Below are positions 51,091-61,201 of a stretch of DNA of 64,000 bases, piece after piece (positions within the stretch are counted from its first letter, which is position 1; each line of letters starts with the position of its first letter). The notes under the pieces are model-generated. The model saw only the letters and a list, made by a program, of their open reading frames with translations. It did no database searches and had not been told where the DNA came from. The position numbers were made by a program, and so were the translations under genes. The DNA comes from Bacteroidales bacterium (GTDB lineage Bacteria; Bacteroidota; Bacteroidia; Bacteroidales; TTA-H9): the NCBI GenBank assembly GCA_030656615.1, contig JAUSOY010000056.1, positions 50-64,049 on the forward strand, in the 5' to 3' direction.

Positions 51091-51452
51091 ATCACTGGGA
51101 AGTGATCCATTTACAACGATATTTGACTTTAATGAATACTCATAAATCGCATAAATGAGAACCCGTCAAAAGAATCGAATTTTTAGATTTTGTCAAAACA
51201 ATTGCAATTTTATCAATTTTGGTATTTATCTTGTGCACTTCATTCCTTTTGTTATTCTGGGATACTTTCTAAACAATGCACATCTGGAGTACAAAATATT
51301 TTATGTCCCCTTATTATTCTTATTGGCAATTCCGCTGGCACGGATTTTTAGCCGATTATCAATAATCTGGATGGATGGAATAAATTGGATGATGTCTTTT
51401 AGAATAAAACAAAACCGATAGGATACGAATAATTGAAATTGAAGTATTTAAA

Positions 51453-52307
51453 TTAAATTTCTTGGCCCGAGTGATATTCGAATAGCTTTAATGCCGGATC
51501 AGCAATAATTTTGCAATCAACGAATTCGTACTCAAGAACAACCTTTTTCAATTCGTTTGGGAAGCCGGCGGCAAAAGATCCGGTAAAGCCAATGGGTAAT
51601 TGCTTTGCTAAATTCAATGGCAAAATAATTTCAGTAAAAAATGCCCTGAAAGATTGTGTGATATGATTTTGAACCCACGGATGAGTTTTGTTTTCATATA
51701 GAAAGTAGCAAATACTCCCTAAAAAACGACTGGGTGAGGGTTGGCAATATACTTTATCCAGTATTTCCGAAAGTTCGAGTTTAGAATATTCCTGAAACCC
51801 CAACGTCAATTCCAAAGGTAATTGCTGTTTAAAATACGCCTGTAAAAATGTTTTCCCGGTATAAGCTCCACTACCCTCATCACCAAGAATAAAACCAATT
51901 GAAACGGATGTTTGAATTATTTTTTTTCCATCATATAAACCAGCATTGGCGCCGGTACCTAAAATAGCTGCCAAACCCATAGAATTACCAAATAAAGCCC
52001 GTGCAGATCCGCATAAGTCTGAAAAAATCTCTATCCGGGCATATGAAAAAACAGAATGTACGGCGTCCTGAATTATTTGCCGATTTTTTGAACTACCGAG
52101 GCCTGCACCGTAAAAAAATAATTCATTAACCAAACTGGTATCCACAGAATTAGACTTCATGGTCTGTTGTACTGCCTCAGCAATTTTTTGAGCCGTAATA
52201 AAATACGGGTTCAAACCATTCGACTGTAAAATTACAGGTTCCTGCATGCTTTTATCATAAAGAAACCATGTGGTTTTGCTTGCTCCACTGTCTGCAACTA
52301 CGATCAT
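51453..52307 (-). CDS. BadF/BadG/BcrA/BcrD-type ATPase, N-acetylglucosamine-kinase-like sugar kinase
   Basis: MIVVADSGASKTTW (phosphate-1 motif), ILGTGANAG and GFILGDEGSGAY are typical of this family. Confidence 0.7.
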   Translation of the reverse strand: MIVVADSGASKTTWFLYDKSMQEPVILQSNGLNPYFITAQKIAEAVQQTMKSNSVDTSLVNELFFYGAGLGSSKNRQIIQDAVHSVFSYARIEIFSDLCGSARALFGNSMGLAAILGTGANAGLYDGKKIIQTSVSIGFILGDEGSGAYTGKTFLQAYFKQQLPLELTLGFQEYSKLELSEILDKVYCQPSPSRFLGSICYFLYENKTHPWVQNHITQSFRAFFTEIILPLNLAKQLPIGFTGSFAAGFPNELKKVVLEYEFVDCKIIADPALKLFEYHSGQEI

Positions 52308-52670
52308 TTATTGGAATATAAGATGAAGAATTTTTGGTAAAAATACGATAATGCCAGTCAATAAAGCAGCAATTGCCGTTAATAATACCGCTGAAGCGGC
52401 AATATCTTTTAAAATTCGGGTTCTTTCATCATACGTTCCATCCACTTTATCGGCCAAAACCTCAATGGCTGTATTAAAGGCTTCTGCAGATAATACCATT
52501 CCACTGGCTAGAATTACTGCCAAAAATTCAAACCGATTTATATCCAATATAAAACCTCCAACGATTGCCAAAAGGAGTAATACAACATGTATTCTGAAAT
52601 TGGGTTGGGTAATTAATAAATTGTTAAAACCTCGTATGGCGTACGTTAAACTCTTTATAAAACGAAGCAT
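52308..52670 (-). CDS. dgkA: Diacylglycerol kinase (membrane, DgkA family)
   Basis: It has AIRGFNNLL...NFRIHV, three TM segments and EAFNTAIEVLADKV. The start at 52670 (MLRFIKS, 120 aa) is preferred over 52718. Its stop abuts the downstream kinase gene. Confidence 0.8.
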   Translation of the reverse strand: MLRFIKSLTYAIRGFNNLLITQPNFRIHVVLLLLAIVGGFILDINRFEFLAVILASGMVLSAEAFNTAIEVLADKVDGTYDERTRILKDIAASAVLLTAIAALLTGIIVFLPKILHLIFQ

Positions 52671-52779
52671 ATTAACTAGTTTTGAATATATATGCTCAAG
52701 ATAATACTTTATATACAAAAATACAACTCCCGATATATGTATTTTAAATTTATAGTGCTTATAAATGAATAATCTGTAT

Positions 52780-53958
52780 TTACGAATTAATAACAGCTAA
52801 AGCCTGGAGCAGATCGTTTTTCAAAACTTCCACCTCTTCAAATCCAACATAAAAGCGTACGATTTTCCATGAAAGAGCATTTTGATCAGTTTCATCCTTC
52901 ACTTGAAAAGCCAATGCCGGAAAAATCAAAGATTCAAATCCACCCCATGAAACTGCCATCGAAAACACTTTGAACGCGTCACAAAACCGATGAATCGCCT
53001 CCGTGTTATCAACCTTCAGTTTAATGGAGAACAATCCACTACAGCTTTTCATTTGTAATTTAGCAATCTCATAATTCGGGTGTGAATGATGAAACGGATA
53101 ATAAATCTTCTCAATTCTTGGATGATGCTCAATTGCGGTCAGGATTTCCAATGCGGATTTTGATGATTGCTCAAGGCGAAGCGGTAAAGTACGTAGACCT
53201 CGGATTATCAGCCATGCATCTTGGGGCGATATCACCGCTCCCAACGCCAGATAATACGATTGATAAATCTCTTTTATGGATTCACTATTGCCGCATAACA
53301 CTCCGGCTACCACATCGCTATGACCCGCCAGATATTTTGATGCCGAATGTATTACAAAATCAATTCCGAGTAGTAAGGGCTTTTGATAAAGTGGCGTGGA
53401 ATAACTGTTATCAATCACTGTAATAATCCCTCTTTCCTTAGAAGCCAAAGCCACCGCAGCTATATCGGTAACTTCGAAAGTGAATGTATTAGGCGATTCA
53501 AGGTACCAAAGACGTGTGTTTTCATTACTGGCCTGTATGTAAGCATAAACTCCGGCATCATTATCTAAAACTTCCACAAAACTGCATTGTATACCTTTTG
53601 CTTTTAAAATATAATCGCAAATGTATTTTACCCATCCATAAGGTTTAGCAATGCATACCATATGATCACCCGCCTTCAACTGCGATAACAGCAGGGTTGA
53701 TATAGCTGCACAGCCACTATTAAATACCAGAGCATCTTCCGCACCCTCAAGTGCGGCTAATTTTTCTCTCAAAATTTTAACAGTAGGATTATTTCCTCTT
53801 GAATATACCGGATAATGATATTCGTCAGATAAAGCCGTTTGCATGGCCGATAAATCATCAAACTTGAAATTTGAAGTCTGATACATCGGCGGTATCATCG
53901 CACCATGATATTCCTCGCGATTCTCTCCCAAATGCGTAATAATTTCCCAGGTATCCAT
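52780..53958 (-). CDS. PLP-dependent Cys/Met-metabolism enzyme (cystathionine gamma-synthase / beta-lyase / methionine gamma-lyase family)
   Basis: YSRGNNPTV and the SASKYLAGHSDVVAGV PLP-lysine motif are present. The start at 53958 (MDTWEIITHLGEN) is preferred over 54033. Confidence 0.8.
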   Translation of the reverse strand: MDTWEIITHLGENREEYHGAMIPPMYQTSNFKFDDLSAMQTALSDEYHYPVYSRGNNPTVKILREKLAALEGAEDALVFNSGCAAISTLLLSQLKAGDHMVCIAKPYGWVKYICDYILKAKGIQCSFVEVLDNDAGVYAYIQASNENTRLWYLESPNTFTFEVTDIAAVALASKERGIITVIDNSYSTPLYQKPLLLGIDFVIHSASKYLAGHSDVVAGVLCGNSESIKEIYQSYYLALGAVISPQDAWLIIRGLRTLPLRLEQSSKSALEILTAIEHHPRIEKIYYPFHHSHPNYEIAKLQMKSCSGLFSIKLKVDNTEAIHRFCDAFKVFSMAVSWGGFESLIFPALAFQVKDETDQNALSWKIVRFYVGFEEVEVLKNDLLQALAVINS

Positions 53959-54042
53959 ATAGCATTTTTGATGCAATTTACTGAAAAAGTAAGCCTTATA
54001 AACTGAATAAAATAATCTTCCTGTCATTTCCATATCTTTAAC

Positions 54043-54050
54043 TATTTTTG
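54043..54050 (+). promoter_or_regulatory. Candidate -7 box TATTTTTG upstream of lplA
   Basis: Exact TAnnTTTG match, 25 nt upstream of the ATG at 54076. Confidence 0.35.
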
Positions 54051-54075
54051 CAACTTATCTAAAATCATTCTAAAT

Positions 54076-55062
54076 ATGCTTTGTATCGATAATGATTGTA
54101 CAAACCCGTATTGGAATCTGGCAGCTGAAGAATACCTTTTAAAGGCATTCAGGGATGATATTTTTATGCTTTGGAGAAATGAACCAAGCATCATAGTTGG
54201 AAAACATCAAAACAGCTTGGCCGAAATCAATGCCCGATATGTACAAGAAAACAATATCCCGGTAGTAAGGCGTTTGACCGGAGGGGGTGCTGTTTTTCAT
54301 GATTTGGGGAATCTGAATTTTACCTTTATATCCAACGCAAAAAGCACTGATGAAAAGCTTATTGATTTCCGGAAATATACCAAGCCTATTCTTGATGTAA
54401 TGCTGGCACTTGGAATTGATGCCCGGTTTGAAGGCCGCAACGACCTTACGATATCCGGTTTGAAGTTCAGTGGAAATGCAGAGCACATTTTTAATAACCG
54501 AATTCTTCACCATGGAACCTTGTTGTTTTCGACTCAACTTCCCAATCTTTCGGCAGCTTTAAATGTTGATCCTCTAAAATTCACAGATAAAGCAGTGAAA
54601 TCTGTTCGAAGCCGTGTTACAAATATTTCAGAACATTTAAAATCTGATTTAGACGTTGTCGGTTTTAAAAATCTGGTTATGAAACACATCAATACTCAGT
54701 ATACCGTTAGTAAATCCTATTCTTTCAATCCCATGGACTTGCAGGAGATTAACAATCTTACTGAATCTAAATATATGAAATGGGATTGGAATTTTGGTGA
54801 ATCGCCCCAGTATAATTTTAGAAAAATCATAAAAACATCAGGCGGAAGTATTGAATTTGCCATTGATGTCAATAAAGGAATCATGTCTGCAGTAAAAATT
54901 TATGGCGATTTCTTTAACCATTTGGATATAAGTGAAATAGAATTAAAATTGCAAAACATTCCGCATGATCCTGATATTATCCGGGGCGTATTATCAGCAT
55001 TTAAAATTGAACAATATTTCGATCGAATTTCGGTCGATGAATTGATTTCTGCAATGTTTTAA
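54076..55062 (+). CDS. lplA: Lipoate-protein ligase A
   Basis: NLAAEEYLL, VGKHQN and RRLTGGGAVFHDLGNLNF are characteristic. Length is 328 aa. Confidence 0.88.
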   Translation: MLCIDNDCTNPYWNLAAEEYLLKAFRDDIFMLWRNEPSIIVGKHQNSLAEINARYVQENNIPVVRRLTGGGAVFHDLGNLNFTFISNAKSTDEKLIDFRKYTKPILDVMLALGIDARFEGRNDLTISGLKFSGNAEHIFNNRILHHGTLLFSTQLPNLSAALNVDPLKFTDKAVKSVRSRVTNISEHLKSDLDVVGFKNLVMKHINTQYTVSKSYSFNPMDLQEINNLTESKYMKWDWNFGESPQYNFRKIIKTSGGSIEFAIDVNKGIMSAVKIYGDFFNHLDISEIELKLQNIPHDPDIIRGVLSAFKIEQYFDRISVDELISAMF

Positions 55063-55074
55063 CACTCAAACACC

Positions 55075-55992
55075 TTGCATAACCAAAACAAAGCATATAC
55101 TCTGGCATTAATCGCGATTGGATTTTGGTCGACCATCGGTTCGGCTTTTAAAATCACACTCAGACATATCGATTTTATGCATCTATTGTTATTCGCCAGC
55201 CTCACTGCCGCCATTGTACAAGGAGCGTACCTTCTGTTTACCAATAAGTTTAAGATACTTTTTCAACTAAAATTCAAAGACTATTTAAGCCCTGTATTTG
55301 CCAGTGTTCTTAATCCTTTTCTATACTATCTCGTTTTACTGAGAGCATACGACATACTTCCTGCTCAGGAAGCTGGAACTTTAAATTATTTCTGGCCTGT
55401 GACTCTGGTTTTATTTTCGATGCTGTTTTTGAAGCAAAAAGTACGATTAAAAAGTCTGGCAGCACTCGGTATTTCGTTCTTTGGAATTGTTTGGATAAGT
55501 ACGCACGGGAATCCTTTGAGTTTACAATTTAGTAATTCATTGGGTGTGTTATTGGCTCTTTCAAGTACAATTGTCTGGTCGTTGTTCTGGATTATCAATA
55601 TGAAAAATCCTATGGACGATTCAATAAAACTCTTCATAAGTTTTATCAGTGGATTTATTCTAATCTTTATTAGTATACTCTTATTTGAGACACCAGTATG
55701 GCCAACGTATTACGGGTTTTTGGGTGCTGTTTATTTCGGCATTTTCGAGATGGGCATCACCTTTCTAATTTGGCTTCGGGCACTTAAATATACCGAAAAC
55801 ACAGCAACAATAAGTAATCTTGTATTTCTTTCACCTTTTATCTCATTGATATTTATTCACTTTGTGGTTGGTGAAGAAATTCTGTATTCAACGTTTGCAG
55901 GGCTGATTTTAGTTGTTGCAGGAATTCTTTTACAGAAATATTTTTCTTCCGCACAAAAACGTCAAAAGCTTTCCAATTTATCTTCAAAATGA
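55075..55992 (+). CDS. DMT-superfamily (EamA-like) transporter
   Basis: 305 aa with about 10 TM segments in two EamA-like halves. Confidence 0.7.
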   Translation: MHNQNKAYTLALIAIGFWSTIGSAFKITLRHIDFMHLLLFASLTAAIVQGAYLLFTNKFKILFQLKFKDYLSPVFASVLNPFLYYLVLLRAYDILPAQEAGTLNYFWPVTLVLFSMLFLKQKVRLKSLAALGISFFGIVWISTHGNPLSLQFSNSLGVLLALSSTIVWSLFWIINMKNPMDDSIKLFISFISGFILIFISILLFETPVWPTYYGFLGAVYFGIFEMGITFLIWLRALKYTENTATISNLVFLSPFISLIFIHFVVGEEILYSTFAGLILVVAGILLQKYFSSAQKRQKLSNLSSK

Positions 55993-57308
55993 CAAAAATT
56001 GCCTTTCATACGCTGGGTTGTAAACTTAATTTTTCTGAAACCAGTACCATTGCCCGTGATTTTAAAGAACAGGGATATGATATTACCGATTTTGGGGAAG
56101 TAGCAGATATCTATGTCATCCACACCTGTTCAGTAACATCCGTAGCAGAAAAAAAATGTCGGTCAGCTATTCAACAGGCTATTCGCCGTAATCCGGATTC
56201 TAAAATTGCTGTTATTGGATGCTATGCTCAGTTACGTCCTGAAAATTTACAAGAAATTGAAGGAGTAAATTTGATTTTGGGTAATGCAGAAAAATTTGAT
56301 TTACGGCAGTATATCGAATCCAATACACCTTCCGAATTAGACCTTGTCAACAATAAATATCAAGCTTGTCATATCCATACATCCGATATTCAAAAAGATA
56401 AAAAATTCGCTCCATCCTATTCTTCCGGCGATCGCACCCGAACTTTTTTAAAAATACAGGACGGTTGTAATTATTATTGTACGTATTGTACGATTCCACA
56501 TGCCAGGGGACATAGCCGAAGTGCCGGCATTGCAGATACAATTGCGTTGGCAAGTAAAGCAGCCATGGGTGATGCCCGTGAATTCATTCTAACGGGTGTC
56601 AATATCGGGGATTACGGTCACGGTACAAATGAAAATTTCTTTGATTTGCTTACTCAGCTTGTAAAAGTTAAAGGAATGGAACGGATACGGATTTCGTCCA
56701 TAGAACCGGAATTATTAGACGATGACATTATAAATATGGTAGCATCTAACGAAAAGCTAATGCCACATTTTCACATCCCACTTCAATCGGGCAGTGATAC
56801 CATATTAAATCTAATGAAGCGTAAATATGTTAGAGAAGTGTTTTATAACAGAGTTGAGAAAATTAAAAAATTAATGCCCCACGCGTGTATTGCAGCTGAT
56901 GTTATCGTTGGTTTTCCGGGCGAAACGGATGAATTATTTCAAGAAACCTTCACATTTCTTGAGCAACTCGACATCTCTTATCTTCATGTTTTCAGTTATT
57001 CTGAGCGGCCGGGTACAATTGCAGAAAATCTCCCGAACAAAGTTAGTTCTCAAAAAAAACAAATACGAAGTAAAATTCTCCATTCACTCTCAGGGCAAAA
57101 GATGAAAACCTTTTATGCTCAAAATGAAAGCCGAATTGTTAATGTCCTTTTCGAATCCGATCGTATCAAAGGCTTTATGCATGGATTTTCTGAAAATTAT
57201 ATAAAAGTTAAGACAGCCTTTAATCCTGAATACATCAACAAGATTGTAACTTTACGCCTCGAAAACCCGGATTCAGATGGGATTTTCGAATATAAACCTT
57301 CAAGCTAA
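55989..57308 (+). CDS. mtaB: tRNA t6A37 methylthiotransferase MtaB (radical SAM)
   Basis: The N-terminus is FHTLGCKLNFSETS...ADIYVIHTCSVT. The radical-SAM motif is CNYYCTYCTIP. It overlaps the upstream gene by 4 nt. Confidence 0.85.
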   Translation: MTKIAFHTLGCKLNFSETSTIARDFKEQGYDITDFGEVADIYVIHTCSVTSVAEKKCRSAIQQAIRRNPDSKIAVIGCYAQLRPENLQEIEGVNLILGNAEKFDLRQYIESNTPSELDLVNNKYQACHIHTSDIQKDKKFAPSYSSGDRTRTFLKIQDGCNYYCTYCTIPHARGHSRSAGIADTIALASKAAMGDAREFILTGVNIGDYGHGTNENFFDLLTQLVKVKGMERIRISSIEPELLDDDIINMVASNEKLMPHFHIPLQSGSDTILNLMKRKYVREVFYNRVEKIKKLMPHACIAADVIVGFPGETDELFQETFTFLEQLDISYLHVFSYSERPGTIAENLPNKVSSQKKQIRSKILHSLSGQKMKTFYAQNESRIVNVLFESDRIKGFMHGFSENYIKVKTAFNPEYINKIVTLRLENPDSDGIFEYKPSS

Positions 57309-57313
57309 GAAGT

Positions 57314-58471
57314 ATGTATCCAAAAATCAGTGACTTAATTAACGACTTGTTTGGGACTTCCATCAACCTTCCTATTCAATCGTATGGTTTTATGGTAGCC
57401 ATGGCATTTGTAACCGGCTATTTAATTCTATCTCTGGAACTCCGTAGAAAAGAAAAAGAAGGTATTCTTAAGTCCTTGACAAAAAAAATACAAAAAGGTC
57501 TTCCGGCAAGCCCCATTGATATAGCCACTTCGGCCATTTTTGGATTTATTATCGGATTAAAAATCGGGGGTATGTTTCTCGATTACAGCTATTTTGCAGA
57601 ACATCCTCAGGATTACATCATGTCTTTTAAAGGAAGCTGGGTTACCGCATTCTTAATAGCTGGTTTATCGGCATACCTTACATGGCGAAGCAAAGAGAAA
57701 GAAAAACTACCGAAGCCAATCACGGAGGAAATAAACATCCGTCCTCATGAAAATGCAGCAAGTCTGGTATTTGTTGCCGCGTTAGCGGGTATTGCCGGAG
57801 CTAAACTATTTGACATTGTAGAACATTTGGATGATTTTTTTGCCGATCCAATGGGTTCTATTTTTTCTTTTAGCGGTCTGGCATTTTATGGTGGACTCAT
57901 TGTCGCTGCATTCGCAGTTGTGTGGAAGGCTAAAAAACTCAATATTAAGTTGCCTTACATATCCGATTCGGCTGCACCCGCTTTAATGTTGGCCTACGCC
58001 GTAGGTCGTATAGGTTGTCATATTTCCGGTGATGGATGCTGGGGGATTCCAAACGAATTACCTCAACCCGAGTGGCTTTCATTTCTTCCCTCCTGGATGT
58101 GGGCATTCGATTATCCACACAATGTCATCAATGCCGGAATTTTAATTCCTGACTGCCATGGAAGTCATTGTCATGTGCTGGGAACGCCTGTATTCCCAAC
58201 CGCTTTATATGAATTCATGATTTGTGGGTTATTCTTTCTTGTTTTGTGGGGAATCCGCAAACGGATACATATTTCCGGCGTTTTATTTGGTATTTATCTG
58301 ATGTTAAATGCGACAGAGCGTTTTATTATTGAAAAAATAAGAATAAATATTCAGTATGATATTGCCTTGGGAATAAAAGCCACGCAAGCCGAAATGATAG
58401 CAATCGGGATATTTCTGACGGGTGTTTTCTGGGTCCTATGGTTTGTTAATCAACACAAGAAAGCTTCCTAA
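57314..58471 (+). CDS. lgt: Prolipoprotein diacylglyceryl transferase (long Bacteroidota form)
   Basis: Multiple TM segments are present. GRIGCHISGDGCWG corresponds to the Lgt signature region. Length is 385 aa. Confidence 0.75.
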   Translation: MYPKISDLINDLFGTSINLPIQSYGFMVAMAFVTGYLILSLELRRKEKEGILKSLTKKIQKGLPASPIDIATSAIFGFIIGLKIGGMFLDYSYFAEHPQDYIMSFKGSWVTAFLIAGLSAYLTWRSKEKEKLPKPITEEINIRPHENAASLVFVAALAGIAGAKLFDIVEHLDDFFADPMGSIFSFSGLAFYGGLIVAAFAVVWKAKKLNIKLPYISDSAAPALMLAYAVGRIGCHISGDGCWGIPNELPQPEWLSFLPSWMWAFDYPHNVINAGILIPDCHGSHCHVLGTPVFPTALYEFMICGLFFLVLWGIRKRIHISGVLFGIYLMLNATERFIIEKIRINIQYDIALGIKATQAEMIAIGIFLTGVFWVLWFVNQHKKAS

Positions 58472-58473
58472 CG

Positions 58474-59274
58474 ATGAATACCGAACAAATTACCCGCGAA
58501 GTCTGTCGTATTGCTAAAGAAACAGCGGAGTATATCCGTGACGAGGGCAAAAAACTGAAACCCTCTGATGTAGAAATCAAAGGACTACATAATTTCGTTA
58601 CTCATGTGGATAAAACTGCTGAAAAACTGATTGTTGAACAATTAAAAATATTGCTTCCCGAGGCCGGTTTCATCACTGAGGAAAATACAGTTAATCAGCT
58701 ATCCGATAAATACAATTGGATTATTGACCCTTTAGACGGAACCACGAACTTCATTCATGGTGTGCCTTGTTATTCGATTAGCATTGCTTTAAGCAGTTTA
58801 GAACAAATTATTTCGGGAGTTGTTCTTGAAATAAACAGCGGGGAATTATTTTATGCATGGCAAAACGGGCCAGCCATGTGCAACGATAGTATAATTCACG
58901 TATCACTATCAGATTCCCTCGACGATAGTCTTTTAGCCACTGGTTTTCCGTATCAGGATTATAGTTTAACAGAACCATACCTGCGTTTATTTGGCGAATT
59001 AATGCGTACCACCAGAGGAATTCGCCGCTTGGGAAGTGCGGCCGTTGATTTGGCTTATGTTGCTGCAGGCCGCTTTGATGCATTTTATGAATATGGATTA
59101 AATCCGTGGGATGTAGCAGCCGGAAGTTTTATTATTAAACAAGCCGGAGGTGTATGTACTGATTTTATTGGAGGTACAGACTATATTAACGGTAAAAGGC
59201 TCGTTGCCAGTAATGGTAAAATTCATAATGATCTTCTGGATGTAATAAATGAATATTTTGAACGACCCACCTAG
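58474..59274 (+). CDS. Inositol monophosphatase family protein
   Basis: DPLDGTTNFIHG and WDVAAG motifs are present. Length is 266 aa. Confidence 0.88.
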   Translation: MNTEQITREVCRIAKETAEYIRDEGKKLKPSDVEIKGLHNFVTHVDKTAEKLIVEQLKILLPEAGFITEENTVNQLSDKYNWIIDPLDGTTNFIHGVPCYSISIALSSLEQIISGVVLEINSGELFYAWQNGPAMCNDSIIHVSLSDSLDDSLLATGFPYQDYSLTEPYLRLFGELMRTTRGIRRLGSAAVDLAYVAAGRFDAFYEYGLNPWDVAAGSFIIKQAGGVCTDFIGGTDYINGKRLVASNGKIHNDLLDVINEYFERPT

Positions 59275-59309
59275 GGGTTTTTATATCTTTACACTTATAT
59301 AAAAAAACT

Positions 59310-60689
59310 ATGCGCAAGTTTTTGATTTTTTCTGTAATACTAGCCAGCATAACATTAAATATTTATGCCGATTCTATCCCCTCTCCTGTCCGGAAACCCT
59401 TTAAAAGCAAAGGGGTAGTATATGTATTTGATATAAAAGAAGAAATCGCACCTCCAGTCCGTAGAAAAACACAGAAAGCACTAAAAGAAGCGAAAGAAAA
59501 GGCGGTTGATCTGATAATTATCCACATGAATACATATGGCGGAATGCTGGATGCTGCCGATTCAATTCGTACCCTAATCCTCACAAGTCCGATACCCATT
59601 TGGGTTTTTATTGATAATAATGCTGCCTCAGCCGGTGCACTTATCAGTATTGCCTGCGATTCGATTTATATGCGACCCGGAGCAAATATTGGTGCAGCCA
59701 CAGTTGTTGATCAATCAGGAAAAGCGTTGCCAGACAAATACCAATCATACATGCGTTCGATGATGAGAAGTACGGCAGAAGCAAAGGGGCGCGATCCGCA
59801 AATTGCTCAGGCTATGGTTGATCCCCGGATTACCATTCCCGGTATTATCGATTCATCAATGGTTCTTACTTTCACGGCCAAAGAAGCAGAAATAAACGGA
59901 TATTGTGAAGGACAGGCCGATAATATTGAAGAAATACTTAAAAGAAATAATCTCAACGACTATACAATTATCCGCCAAAACCTAAGCGGCAGTGATAAAA
60001 TAATCGGATTCCTAATAAATCCATTCTTTTCCGGAATACTTATTTTAATCATCATTGGCGGAATATATTTTGAACTTCAAACTCCAGGAATAGGATTTCC
60101 ATCAGCAGCAGCAATTATAGCCGCTGTGCTTTATTTCATGCCCTTATACCTTGAAGGTCTGGCAGCCAATTGGGAAATTCTTATATTTATTGTTGGAGTG
60201 ATTCTGGTTGCCGTCGAAATTTTTGCTATTCCCGGTTTTGGTATTGCCGGAGTATCTGGAATTTTTTTAATGGTCACCGGCCTAACACTGAGCATGGTCG
60301 ATAATATTGGTTTTGAAATTTTTACAACGGGTATCAACAGTCTGGTAGCGGCATTCTTTATTGTAATTTCAGCAAGCTTTGTTTCATTGATACTATCCTT
60401 CTATTTTACTCAAAAACTGTTTGGTAATTCAACCATTTTTGGTCATTTGGCCCTGGATACCGTTGAATCCGCTTCGGATGGATATCATACAGCCGATTTA
60501 GTCTATTCGAATGCTGTTGGAAAAAAAGGTATTGCATTTACCATTTTACGTCCGGTTGGAAAAGTAAACATCGAAGATGAGATTCTTGATGCTACAGCAA
60601 TATCTGGCTATATCGAAAAAGGAGATCCCGTAGAAGTCGTAAAATATGAAAATGCTCAGGTTATTGTACGCAAATTAAAAGTCGATTGA
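59310..60689 (+). CDS. NfeD-family membrane-bound ClpP-class protease
   Basis: It has a signal/anchor, a ClpP-like region (IIIHMNTYGGMLDAADSI...AASAGALI), a central block of TM helices and a C-terminal NfeD OB-like domain. Confidence 0.75.
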   Translation: MRKFLIFSVILASITLNIYADSIPSPVRKPFKSKGVVYVFDIKEEIAPPVRRKTQKALKEAKEKAVDLIIIHMNTYGGMLDAADSIRTLILTSPIPIWVFIDNNAASAGALISIACDSIYMRPGANIGAATVVDQSGKALPDKYQSYMRSMMRSTAEAKGRDPQIAQAMVDPRITIPGIIDSSMVLTFTAKEAEINGYCEGQADNIEEILKRNNLNDYTIIRQNLSGSDKIIGFLINPFFSGILILIIIGGIYFELQTPGIGFPSAAAIIAAVLYFMPLYLEGLAANWEILIFIVGVILVAVEIFAIPGFGIAGVSGIFLMVTGLTLSMVDNIGFEIFTTGINSLVAAFFIVISASFVSLILSFYFTQKLFGNSTIFGHLALDTVESASDGYHTADLVYSNAVGKKGIAFTILRPVGKVNIEDEILDATAISGYIEKGDPVEVVKYENAQVIVRKLKVD

Positions 60690-61201
60690 TTTTTCATTTA
60701 ATAAATGCAGACATTACACTTTCTTCATCCGAAGCCATTGTTAATGCGGCAAATTACAGGCTCATAAAAGGTGGAGGAGTTGACGCAGCCATTCATCGTG
60801 CCGCTGGAGATAATTTACAGCAAGCTTGTATACAATTGGGTGGTTGTAAAACAGGGGAAGCCTGCATTACACCCGGATTTAATCTCAAAGCATCGTATGT
60901 TATTCATACAGTAGGTCCTGTATGGACGGGCGGAAAGAATAATGAGTATGAATTACTTGCTTTATGTTATGAAAACTCTTTAAAACTTGCATCAAATTAT
61001 AACATCCGTAGTATTGCCTTTCCAAATATAAGTACCGGAATTTATGGGTTTCCTAAACCGGATGCGGCAATCATTGCCATAGAATCATGCTCTAAGATGA
61101 TGCTTTTGCCTGAAATGCCCATCGAAGTCTCTTTTTATTGCTTTGATGCAGAAAATTATAACCTCTACGCTGAAATTCTGAAAATACGAGGTTTGTTATA
61201 A
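60686..61201 (+). CDS. Macro-domain protein (O-acetyl-ADP-ribose deacetylase type)
   Basis: ADITLSSSEAIVNAANYRLIKGGGVDAAIHRAAG and HTVGPVW are canonical macro-domain motifs. The only in-frame start is the TTG at 60686, which overlaps the NfeD stop (TTGA), so the start assignment is less certain than the gene. Confidence 0.8.
   Translation: MIFHLINADITLSSSEAIVNAANYRLIKGGGVDAAIHRAAGDNLQQACIQLGGCKTGEACITPGFNLKASYVIHTVGPVWTGGKNNEYELLALCYENSLKLASNYNIRSIAFPNISTGIYGFPKPDAAIIAIESCSKMMLLPEMPIEVSFYCFDAENYNLYAEILKIRGLL

Noticed and set aside
51155-51421. An 88-aa hydrophobic ORF in the 360-nt gap between the HD hydrolase and the sugar-kinase gene.
   Set aside because: It could be a real two-TM peptide. 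I found no promoter box, no family resemblance and an odd N-terminus (MRTRQKNRIFRFCQNNCNF), so I cannot support it from sequence alone.
52351-52704. A 117-aa ORF antisense to dgkA.
   Set aside because: It is nested opposite a gene with clear DgkA motifs. It is probably a mirror-frame artefact of a hydrophobic coding region.
52718-52745. An 8-bp A/T-only hairpin (aaaataca / tgtatttt) between the PLP enzyme gene and dgkA, considered as a terminator.
   Set aside because: The stem has no G-C pairs and the loop is 12 nt, so it is thermodynamically weak. It overlaps the alternative longer dgkA start.
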